64,000 bases of DNA. Source: Takakia lepidozioides (Eukaryota > Plantae > Bryophyta). Of the stretch, positions 39,704 through 51,300 are shown one piece after another; within the stretch, counting starts at the first letter, position 1; each line of letters begins with the position of its first letter. The translations under genes and the position numbers were made by a program. Location of the stretch: positions 14,942,001-15,006,000 of the forward strand of contig CM060732.1 of NCBI GenBank assembly GCA_030704615.1. The letters are read 5' to 3'. The notes under the pieces were generated by a model, which was not told the DNA's origin, ran no database searches, and saw only the letters and a program-made list of their open reading frames with translations.

Positions 39704-42700
39704 GGGGGGGGGGTGATATTCCGTGAGCCCGGAGGCGTGAGCCTGTAAGCCCAGGAGCCCGTGAGCCCAGCACAGGCTCACGCCACGTCAGCATGCATAC
39801 AGGGCCTATTTCCGCAGGTGTCACCTATTATCGCGGGTGTCACCTATTACCGCGAGTTGATCAACCATTTTCAGGGAATGCAGACTGGATGTGTTACATC
39901 CATTGTATCCATCATTTCTATCCATTGCATCTATTTAGACGTTATTAACATACCAAGCCCTTGCATTGGAATGTGGCTACGTCGTGAGCAGGTGCACACT
40001 CACATCATCCAAAGCGGATCCTTGCGAAATGTTTTCTTACTTACCACCCTTGCCAACATGTATGGTATGTGCGGGAGCATCATGGATGCTCAGCAGAAGA
40101 ATGCTTGAACGATCTTTGATCTCGTGGACTTTAACGTGGTGGATTTACCAAGCATTCTTCTGGCTGGAATGGTTTGGAGACCAACGAGCAAATGATGCGA
40201 GAATGCACTGCCCAAACCAAAGACGTTTGTTTGTTTTTGCAATGCACACAAGACTGTGAGCTCCGGAAAACACTAAAGAGATTGAAGGAACAATACGGGC
40301 AGTCCATGCAACCCCCATCTCCAATGATAGTTTGTTCCCAGGAATTTGTATCCCACGCACACATTGCAAACATGACAACAATGACACACCACCATCCCAT
40401 CTCAAAATTGGCCCCGAATAAAGGTAACAAAAAACTTGATATCAAGTGTCAAAGTCATCAGAATCAGAATCGACTTCCTGTGCTATGTCATCCACAAAGA
40501 TTCCGGCCCCAACACCACGTCTTCTACCACGACCGTCGATGGTTGGACTGCGAGTGCCATGAACGGACATGCTTGCTGCGAGTGACGGGTAGCATGTAAG
40601 ATTGAGGAGGACTTGAAAGAAGTCCAAGAAGTTGTGATAGCCCTGGAGGGTCAGTGGAAGCACACGGACTCCTGCACAAGTCGACAAAAATCCATTTTGA
40701 ATACAATGATGCAATGCACAAGTCCAACGAAGAGGATGTCTCCCATGTGCACCTTGCCTTAAGAACAGTGATTTCAGTGAAACAAGAATGCAAGCATCCA
40801 CAGGTTGAACTTACTCACAGGCAAAGTCGGAGTCCAGCTCCTCGTCGGACGTCTCCCCTGTATCAATATCACCGAGAAGCGGCTTTGGAAGGACTTGAGA
40901 AGTTTGTCCACCCAAAGGCTGGTTGGTTTTATGGCACTTCAGGTACAGACAGTGGGGAGCTTTCATGACGACGGTATGCCTTTTCAATCCCAGAAACACA
41001 AATTTCACTTTGCATAAGCAGTGGACAGATTATTGGCTTCTTTCCAGCAAACAAGAATCAAAGATAATCTGTGCAATAATTGGGCCAGACACAATGATCG
41101 GGGACTTGGTAGTAGTATCCTGGAGTTGACTGTGCTAGAAGTTAAGAACCAAGCTGAGAGATGTTTAATGGCGGAGACAAAGTCAATGGAGCAGGGGAAA
41201 CTCATTTTTGACATGAAGGCTACTATCTGTCGCAATGAGGATACCTTTCAGCAGTACCGTCAGGTCGATGCCTAGAAGGACAGGTACATCTTTGAATTGC
41301 AGCAAACAATCACAGTACGGGAGAGTGAGCTTTTTGTGCCTGTTCCTTTGGGCTTGTTGGATTGTCACTTGCAGAACCTCTTCCATTTCCTTTCGTTCCT
41401 CACATTTGCGTTCAATGCCTCCTGCAGGACATGTCCTTGGAGGACTTGGCCGACATGCCTTCATGTAATTTGGCGGAGACTGTTCACAACGCCTGGATGC
41501 AGCAGTCTACCAAAGCATGACTTGACTTGTATGTTGCCATTGCCGATGACATGGTGCGGGCACTTACACAACAAACCAGATACCGCAATTTTCTGATGGG
41601 ACGGGGCGGAGGCAAGGGCCCTGATATGACTTTGTTGATGCTAAGGGCTGCGAATAGGTCCGGAGACCCATGAAAGAGGGCGAGAGCTCTGAACAGGTGC
41701 ACTGAAGGCTCCCCTTTGCAATCCAAGGTCCCCCATTTGGAATGCGAGAAAACATTTGGATCATGCAAAAGGAAATTGAACACTCCTCTAGGGTCGGATG
41801 GAGATTCCCATCGCCCGGACAGGGTCAATTTCTCTGTACCTAAGGTGTCTCCGGTGCAGACTAAGTCATGTGCCCGCCCCTTCCCAGGTGGGTCCTCTTC
41901 CAGTGGAGCAGGTGCAAATCATGCAAACACAACAGCATGAATCCCATTGGAGGAGGTGGTGTCCTTGGTGCAAGAATCTGATTGCATTGACACTGAGTGG
42001 CATATAGAACGCACCCCACCAGCATCTAGAGTGGCTTGCATGGCAATTTGGACCCCCTCTTTCAAGAAATGCAAATCAAAAATATGCAAAGGCTCCAGGG
42101 GGACTCCAGCTCCAACATTCACAGGGTTGTTCTGACCTTATTATAGTGGGGAGTCAAAGGACTGGAAGTTCTGGTTCTGCCCAAACGATATGGCACGATG
42201 CGTCAAGGGAATAGTTTGTCCATCGGTGATAATGAAGCCCCCTCTGCCCGCAATTTGGCCTGTGAAACTTGGGACGTCGCTGTCATCAACTGAGATAAGC
42301 ATGTTGGAGGAGGGAGGGTTCCGCCTTGCACGGTCCCGGGTGGTGCCCTCATGCAAATGTGCCACATGATCCGGCAATGCCTCCACCCGGTGCCGACTCC
42401 CACCCAACAAAAAGAGATGGAAAAACAGTGCGTTGTGTCGCTTCGGGTGCAGATCACGACTGCAAGATGGAATCGGCTAGAATTTTGCAGGCTCGGGTGA
42501 CACGTATCACCGAAGTCCCGCCCCCGGGGTATGGACGGATTTACACAGTGTTGTCTACTGGCTTAGTTCTTTATGGCAAAGAATATCAGGTTACCGCGGG
42601 GAATTTCCTTGCGTGCATCTGTCCGGATTTTGTAATGATGCATGAGGGCGCTCTCGGCATGAGAGGGAAGTGGGTCCCCTGCAAGCATCAATATTACATA

Positions 42701-43213
42701 TACCTTGTAATTACGTGTTGCGACGGTAAGAGAGACCAATTCATTCACCAAGCCACACTAGGCTATGGAGAGGTCATCACTCTTCTGCAGCGGGACACCT
42801 GCCGTGAGGCTCCGCCAGATTCTGTGTGAACAAAAACGAGCCATGCCCACTTCTCGTGCTGGTTTCCAGCTTATCGTGTGGAGTCTTTGCATGTAGGACA
42901 ACCACATACATTTCGTTCGCGGAACCAGGGGGGCACAAACAGGTGTCTATCTGTGAATTGAAATAAAGTGTGACAATCATTCTGAGCTCAAATCTGCCAT
43001 ATGTTCATATTCCTCTTTTTGTACAGACATTGCAGACATGGTGCATGGTGGCCCCTTTGTTTTGTCCACGTTTGTCCACGTTAATAGGTACTCTTCCTGC
43101 AATCCTCGCCTATAGGGCCTGCTTCTCCAACACATTTGTGCCGCTCACGCTTCCCTGAAGCGTGAGCTCAGCTCCCAAGCTCACGGGGCTGGGCTCACGC
43201 CGTAGCTACGCTG
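39704..43213 (+). mobile_element. Internally rearranged Mutator-like element (copy A) inserted in a PPR gene
   Basis: TSD ccgtgtgg(g) at 39696 and 43214; removing the element restores the PPR peptide ESDVRVGNTL. cgtgagc/gctcacg repeats occur at both ends. The transposase 3' half (40920-42829) includes CNLAETVHNAW and the SWIM motif CICPDF...CKH. Confidence 0.85.
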
Positions 43214-43780
43214 CCGTGTGGGAAACACCCTTCTCAGCATGTATGTCAAGTATGGGAGTCTGGTGGATGCATGCCGAGTCTTTAACAATATGCCTGAACA
43301 AGATGTGGTTTCATGGAATGCAATGATTGCAGGATACATTCAGCAAGGGCGCAATGAAGAGGCATTTGAACTCTTCTGGCAAATGCAACGAGTAGGTATG
43401 AAGCCTGACAAGCTCACATTTGTTACCATCCTCAACGCCTGCACCGGCCAGCAGCACTGGAACAGGACAGGCGTGTACATGCCCACATCACAGAAGGTGG
43501 AGTTGAGGCAATTGTCTGTTTAGGGAATGCCCTTGTCAACATGTATGCCAGGTGTGGAAGCGTGGTGGATGCGTGGAGAGTGTTTGATGCTTCCATAATT
43601 ACAGCAACAGGAGCTAGCTGAATGCATCCTAGGACGCACGTTCTGAAATTAGAACCACAAAATGCTGCAGTGTATATGCTGCTGTCAAATATCTATGCTG
43701 CAGCTCAGATGTGGACAATCTAGAAAAGACCAGAAAATTGATGGAGGATAGAAGTCTGAAAAAGGTGGCAGGGCGAAGCT
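43214..43780 (+). pseudogene. PPR-E pseudogene, continuation after element A
   Basis: GNTLLSMYVKYGSLVDACRVFNNMPEQDVVSWNAMIAGY, followed by the E-domain segment LEPQNAAVYMLLSNIYAA; frameshifted. Confidence 0.85.
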
Positions 43781-44049
43781 AGATATAGATCACACCACAA
43801 ACAGGGGAGATCTTTCCAATCTTGAAACATTGTGGAAGGGGATGAAAGAGAAGATATGCTTCTGACACATTTTGTGTTGCGTACTTTGGATCAGGTGCAG
43901 AAAATGGTAGTCTGCATATGTGGAGTCCTCGCATGGACCTTGTCTGTGATGGTAAAAAAGAATACAAGGCCTATCATCCATCTTTTTATCATCCAACTGT
44001 ACATTCATCCATCCTTTATTCAATGTCTTTTATTATGTCGTCCAGCTTG

Positions 44050-44236
44050 TTTCCGCGGTAAAGGGTCCCAATCCGCGGGAATACGCTCCACTTCTTTCTG
44101 GGCGCGTGGTGACGCGGCCTTCACGTGTGATGACGTGGAGTGAGCCCCGTGACATGGCATTTGCGCAAGGTGACGTGGCGTGAGCGCAGTTGCGCTCACG
44201 CGCTCACGTGACCAGGCTCACGCCGAGGCATCCCTG
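44050..44236. mobile_element. Orphan terminus (C) of the same Mutator-like family
   Basis: cgtgagc/gctcacg cluster ending ...gctcacgccgaggcatccctg, in the same register as the termini at 43213 and 58371. Confidence 0.65.
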
Positions 44237-44239
44237 CTC

Positions 44240-47200
44240 TCTTTGCAACCTTCATGCTCCCACATTTCGCATACATGTCAACAAAGCTATTGCTCAAAAT
44301 CAGATTTGGTACAAGTCCAGCTTTCATATGTCAGCGTGGATCTCTTTGCCGTTTTCCAGGGCTGCCAGTCTCGCACAAGCCTTGAGAATGCAAACAAATG
44401 TGACCTGATCGGGCATCACCCCTTGCTGTATCAGTTGATCATATGTCTCGAAGGCATTCCTACCACAACCACGCTTGGTATATCCTGCCACCATATTGTT
44501 GAACACTAGACAAGCCTCCCTTACACTCCCATATTTGGCATACATGTTAACAAGGGTAGTCTCCCAATTAATGTATGATGAAATTCCAGCTTTGATAATG
44601 TCAGCATGGATATCTTTGCCCTTCTCCAGGGCCACCATGTTGGCACCAACATTGAGAACACAAATGAATGTGGCTTGCACACACATTACAAATGCACACA
44701 AACGTGATGTGGTCGGGCTTCCCCCCTTCCCCCATCATGGACCTCTTTGCCCTTTTCCAGGGCTGCCAGGCTTACACAAGCATTTTCCAAAGGTCTATCT
44801 CACCATGCCCATGTGCCTGCCAAAAGGCTCAACATATGTGTAGCTCTCCTCTGAGGATTCCTGGCCCAGATTTGAAAGAAAGACCAGCATTCTCCTTCAG
44901 CACACAACTGTATTGGGCAACCACTAAGCTTCCAACTTCCGGATGCTACACAGTACTCACCTCCCTCATATGGGCGGGCACACAGAATGGGCGTCGAATC
45001 GATACTCCAACCAAAGTAGTGCAACCTGAATTGTGGGTAGATTCAGTTCTATCCAGCTGCAGGAACTGACCAGAGATCACGAGCGTCTTGAGCACTGACG
45101 AAGTGAGAAGTGCATATCTTACAATCATCGCACTCCACGACACCACATCTCATTCAGCCATACTGTCGATGTCCAGCAGGGCAGTGTTCAGAATGACATC
45201 GGGTACAATTCCAGATTTGACGATGTCATCATGGACCTCTTTGCACCTTTCCAGGGCTGCCAGGCTTGCACACGCATTGCCAATGCAAACAAACGTTATG
45301 CGGTTGGGCTTCACCCCTTCGCATATCATTTGCTCAGAGGTCTCCAAAGTCTCCATCGCGCCCTTGCTGTGCATATCCTGTAATCATCGCACTTCACGAC
45401 ACCACATCTCATTCAGCCATACTGTCAAACACTCCCTTTTTACATGTCCACGAGGGTATTGTTCAGAATGACACTTGGTACAATTGTAGCTTTGACAATG
45501 TCGCCATGGACCTCTTTCCCCCTTTTCCAGAGCTGCCAGGCTTGCACACGCATCGCAAATGCACACAAATGTGATGTGGTCGGGCTTCACCCCTTCCCCC
45601 ATCATTTGATCATAGGTCTCCAAAGCCTTCATACCACGTCCTTGCTGTGCATACCCTGCAAGCATCGTCTTCCATGACACCACATCTCGTTCAGCCATAG
45701 TGTTGAAAACTCCCTTCGCATCCTTAATGCACCCACATTTGGCATACATGTCCACAGGGCAGTATTCAGAATGACATCTGGTACAATTCCAGCTTTGACG
45801 ATGTCACCATGGACCTCTTTCCCCTTTTCCAGAGCTCCCAGGTTTGACATGTTGACAAGGGTGTTGAGGAGAAAAACACTTGGCATGAATCCACTTTGGA
45901 TAATGTGAGTGTGCACTTGCTTTCCAGCTTCCAGACCTTCATCTTGATGCACTTAAGCAAGAGACAGACAAACGTATCTGAATCTGCTGAATGCCTCCTA
46001 CATTTGGCATACATGTACATGAGGGTATTGTTCAAAATCACATCTGGTACAATTCATGCTTTCGCAATGCAACCATGCACCTCTTTGCCCTTTTCCAGGG
46101 CTGCCAGGCTTGCAAACGCACAGATGTGATGTGGTCGGGCTTCACCCCTTCCACCATCATTTACTCATAGGTCTCCAAAGCCTCCATCCCACGCCCCTGT
46201 TGTGCATAAGCATGGTGTCCCCCGACACCACAGTTTATTCAGCCACATTGTTGAGCACTGTTATTTGTTTTTGGATACTTTCCTGCTGCCACATTGGCAG
46301 TTACTTGTCAAAGTCATTCCACCCAGACAATCTTCTCAGCTCAGCATGGATTTCCTTAATTCTGGGATGCAACTTGTCATCTACAATGAAGGTGTGCACC
46401 CTGTTGCCAACCTCAATGCAGCAGCGACCTGGCTCCTGGCTCCTTTCTAACCCCTCTGACTGTGATCATTCTTCTCACATTTGCAGTATCATCCAACCTG
46501 CTAGCTGCGGCATAGATGTTTGATAGCAACACATAAGTCGCGCCATCTCCACATTGCCATGGATTCTGCAGGCACCAAGCAAGGCCTTCCACACCACAAC
46601 ATCTTGATTTCAGTACGCCAGTGTGGCTGCATGCAGAGAGAACAAATATAAAGGTGATATTGTCTGGCTTCAAGCCGTTCTTTCGCATTCCTTCAAATAG
46701 TTGCAGGACCTTGACAACTGTGGTCGGGTGGCCGTCCCTGGTAGGTGCCTGCATTCATGAGCGAGAACCAACGGGTTTCAGCACGTTTTAGAAAGAGCTT
46801 ATGGAGGTGCCAGACTGCTTGGTTATGACGCGTGATTTTCAAGCCATGTATAATTGGGTGTGTACATTGGCTGAGGAGATGTGGCCAAGTGTCACGAGCT
46901 TGGTGGGTGGTTGCACATAACGGGCAGTATGGGGATGGGAACAGATGTGGCCAGAAGATGTGTTTGCGCTGGTGGCTCATGTATTGGGCATATCGGAATT
47001 TGAGTGTTTGTCGGATTTGTGCGTCGGTGGTGGCTTTGGTTAGCCAGAAATGATTGGAGAGTTTATGGTGCAGAACATTGGATTGAGTCCATTTTTGGAT
47101 GTGTACTTTGGTATGGCTGATGGAGGTTGCCGCTTGTTTATTTGCTTCTCTGGTTAGAGTGGTCAGGAGGTTTCGGACTAGTCTGGGTACAGGGGGGTCC

Positions 47201-48320
47201 GGAACGGGGTGTATGAACCAGAAGGGATGGGTGTGGGCGATGTGAATAGGGTCAATCGAGGGTTCAACTATGGGTTGGGAGGCGCCGAGTTGGGCGAGTA
47301 GGTCTGCTTCTTCATTACCATGGATGCCGGTATGCGAACGGACTTTGAGTATATGGACTGGGTGGCCTAGGGAGATGGCCCTCTGGACAATAGCGGCAAT
47401 GAGGTTGCGGTCGGGGTGATGATGATGGGCAGAGGGGTGGGAGATGTGGTTGCGAATGAGGAATAGTGAGGTAAGGCTGTCAGTGAAGATGTAGTGTGGG
47501 GGGGGGGGGGGGGGAGGTGTCAAGTAGAGAGAGGGTGTCATAAATGGCCATGAGCTCAGCCCAGAGGATGGTGGCAGGGCCAGGGAGCCTGAGGGCAATG
47601 CCTTGACTGGTGCCGGCCTGGTAGATTCCATACCCTACATTAGGTTTGGTGAGGGATCCGTCAGTGTAATGTGAATTGGCCAGTGGGTATTTGTGGATGG
47701 TGTTTTGTTGATATATTGCAGGTTATTGGGCATATCCTGCGATCATCGCATTCCACGACACCACATTTCATTCAGCCACATTGTCAAAGACTCCCTTTGC
47801 TCGACCACTCATGCATACATCCTTGCTTTACTGCTAGCAGCCGACAATGACAGCCTAGATTTGTTCTAGGAAACACCCAACTCAACTTATCATACTAGTT
47901 CCTATGCTCAATTGCATCTGTTACTCTTTGTTATCCAATAGGCATTTACCTTTTTACCTCGATTGTCCCACCATTAACAGGGGTCAGAAAAGTATTCATT
48001 CCACATCTTCTCCTCGCCCGAGTAAAAATTGGCAATCCAAAAGCCTTGTCTTCAGGGACTCTCCAGGCACCACGCATCAATAGTGCCATGAACATTACAA
48101 GGTATGAATTCAACTTGAGCATGCCATGATTCATGAAAAATGAAATGAATGCTGCCACTACACAGGTTTTGTCCAATCCCACTAGCCATGCACTTATGCT
48201 TTCATAAAGAGCGGTTCTAAAAGGCCACTCATGTTTTTGGCGTAGGTATCACTGCGCCTATGGCCCACAAGACAATACCCTGAACACTGTGGAGGTAACA
48301 GAGGCTGACTGGACTACATG
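44240..48320 (-). pseudogene. Inverted PPR / PDF-motif pseudogene mosaic
   Basis: Multiple PLS repeats (MYAKCG...DVVSW...GVKPDHITFVC), an E-domain remnant at 46430-46700, and the PDF exon EEKMWNEYFSDP.*WWDNRGKK|gt at 47949-48015. Confidence 0.85.
46715..47725 (-). mobile_element. Internal RNase H / Zn-knuckle fragment of the same LINE family as 5990-9400
   Basis: YTDGS, AELMAI, IFTDS, HTGIHGNEEAD, CPLC...DTWPHLLSQC and RHNQAVW; colinear with 6610-7580. Confidence 0.9.
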
Positions 48321-48324
48321 AAGT

Positions 48325-51300
48325 TGTACAAAATGTCATCGACATGGGGCTCATAGGGGGGGTTGACGAAACAACCCTGGTCAGAAATCTCAAAGCTGCG
48401 AATGGAGGATGGTGTCTTTGAGGTGCGAATCCTCCGCAGGCAGATCGCCTCGAACATCCTCGTCTGGCAAAGATAGCAGGTTAGTGTGGTAAACACAATC
48501 TATAGTGGAAGTGTGTACATCGGCTATTCAGAACTATGACACAAAAAAATCATGAATCGGTGATGATCGGTGTCGATCATAACACATTCTACTAGAGTGG
48601 AGCTGCAGAGAAAATTGAAACTCATGATCAAAGCACAAGCAGAAGGGAGACAGCATACCAGCTGACCAGGGAAACCCCCTTTCACAAGGTAGAGGCTGTT
48701 CACACAATTCCATGTGCGCAAAACTTCAAACCCTGAAGACTTGAGGTATGATGCCAATGCCCGACGACTATCATTGTCACATGACTGAAAAAGCAGAAGT
48801 GTCCCTGCGTCAGAGAGGAAGTTGTTGCAGAACCCGAACACCCAACTCCAGTAGTTGTCCTCGAATTTGTTCCAGCCTGGCGTCTTGCCCTTTGGAAGAA
48901 CTTCTGGCACAGCCTGGCCATCCGGGATGTCGAGAATGACAATGTCGGCCGCATAAGTTTTCTGCACACCGCACACAAAGGTGGGACCTGTGCTCACTTG
49001 CAACAGACATGTTTTTTATAAGAACGATGGCAAGATTGTTTTCAAAGAACGAGACTGAAATACTGCCAACGAAACTTTCAGAGAAAAAGGAAAGAAACTG
49101 GAATTCTCAACAGATTGAGGAATGAGATTATATTGTCCCAGGTAGGGGATGGCACCCCAGTGTATCCTCTCTTTCGACTCTGCATCATCGAAAGCCAACC
49201 CTCATTAACAATTTTCATCTCTCCTGCGGAATCAGAACGGGAAGGGTGTGGCTTGGCATCGAACACGCACTGAAGAGTGCGGGTATATCTTCCGGCAGTA
49301 AAGTCCTGCCCACTCTCCATCTCCTTTTCATTCTCCTTCCCCTTGTCCTTTTCCTTCTCTTTGGACTTGTCTTTGTCCTTTGGCTTTGCTGGTGAGATGG
49401 CTATGACATCAACAGCCTTGTCTTTTGGTTTGCGGCCCGCCTTCTTTCCCTTCTGCGGCGTTCCCTGAGCATCAGGCTCCTTGGCAGCCAACGTTGCTAT
49501 GTTTCGTTGATACTCTTCGTTAGTCAAAGGCGCCAGCATCTCAGCGTTATTGTTCAAGTATTTCATATGCTGTTCTTGAAAGGTCGTGTGCTCAGGTGGG
49601 CAGTCAAGGTACCAGCCACAGTCTCTGAAGTGAGAAGGACTCCAGTCCTTCAATATCCCTGCAGTATACATGGTTGGATCGTTTGCAGGGTCCGACCACA
49701 TGTCAAGATAGTCGCGAATTCCGCTCAGGTGATTTCCTTCCATAAGCACATATTTCGTGTACCTGAAAAAAGGAGATAAATCCCAACCCACAAAAGCGCT
49801 CAGTGAGTAAGATGCAAGTAGAACAGAATGAAAAAAACATAGATTGAAATGGCTCTGAGAACTGCTCCAAGGACCTTTCAGGACCACACTACTGCTCCAG
49901 ATATGAATGTCGTCAACGCCATTCAGAACATTCCATTCAATGATACTGTAAATACACCCCAATCCAGGTGAATGCAAATTATCGTTTAGGAATGACACAG
50001 ACATAGAAGTGAATGTCGTCAACGACATTCACTAATGAAGCCAAATTAATACTTAAATGAAGCAAAATCACAGGATGGAAATCAAAAAATCGAGTAAGGA
50101 ACCCACCAGGAAAACTCAATGCACATTCATAACGAACATATCACTGAGGACCTCACAACATCACTGTATGTGAATGGCGTCAACGCCATTCACAAAAATA
50201 CCAAAAAGAAACCAATTACTTATCTCCCAATCCATGTAAATTCAATTTGTCCCTGTTGAATAATACAGACACAGCAGTGAATGTCGTCAACGACATTCAT
50301 TTTGGATTTCTCATAACAGAGCTTATCAAGCCTCCAGATTCCTCGCAAGAGGCAAAAAACAATGCAGAACAACTGAATGTCTGCATTGACATTCAGCAAA
50401 ATGAAGTGAGGAACCCTCACTGTAACCTCTATGGACATTACAAAAATTTACATAACTCTGAGGACCTCTCAACAACTCCGTAGGTGAATGTCGTCAACGC
50501 CATTCAAGGACATTATCAATTCTAATCAGGGACAATATAATTGCACCCTTAGATCCTAACCAGGTGAATTCATATACTCGCTTAAGAATGACTCAGACAA
50601 AGAAGTGAATGTCGTCAACGACATACAATCTGGATCTAAGATTGCAATCCATATGAAGCCACATTTTTTCCCAAAAAAACAGTAGAGTTTCAAGTATGAC
50701 ATTGCACCTGTACACAACTCGCATCATGGCCCACTCTCCTCCAACCTGACTGTCAAAGTCGTTGGACCGTAAAATGTTACCATCTTTGGAGAACTCCCGG
50801 AAAAAACAGTATCTCCAGGTGAGACCTCTCCACTTCCTTATGTATGCCTCCAATGACATTTGGGGAGGGGAAACAATCGAAATGTTCAAGTCCTTCAAAG
50901 TCTGATCCAGCACAATGACTGCGCGCTTTTCGAGCTGCAAATAGTATATTTGTCAGAATTGCAAAAGAGATAGTCATCACATACTTGAAGAGAAGAAAAC
51001 AGCATGTTCGAATACACACCTGACTCCAAAATGTAGCCTTGTGGAGCCAGTTATCAAACACCAATCACTGATTCCTTCCACCTTTGTGCCAGGCTGTATG
51101 GTGCTCTTTGGGAACTGATTCAAGTCCTTTACTGTTTGATCTGAGTTCCATATCTCCAGCCATTTTTTATTTTTTTTTGTGGGTCGACCATCGATATGGC
51201 CAGCCGGTGCAATTTCTCCTGCTGCATCTCCGGATGCACATGCTTGTCATAGTGTGTTTTGATCTGCTGAAGGAACTCAGGACCAAGTCCAGGATCTACT

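Noticed and set aside
49903-50628. CRISPR array (palindromic repeats with spacers)
   Set aside because: The spacers are long, variable in length and related to each other in alternation. There are no cas genes and the context is a eukaryotic intron.
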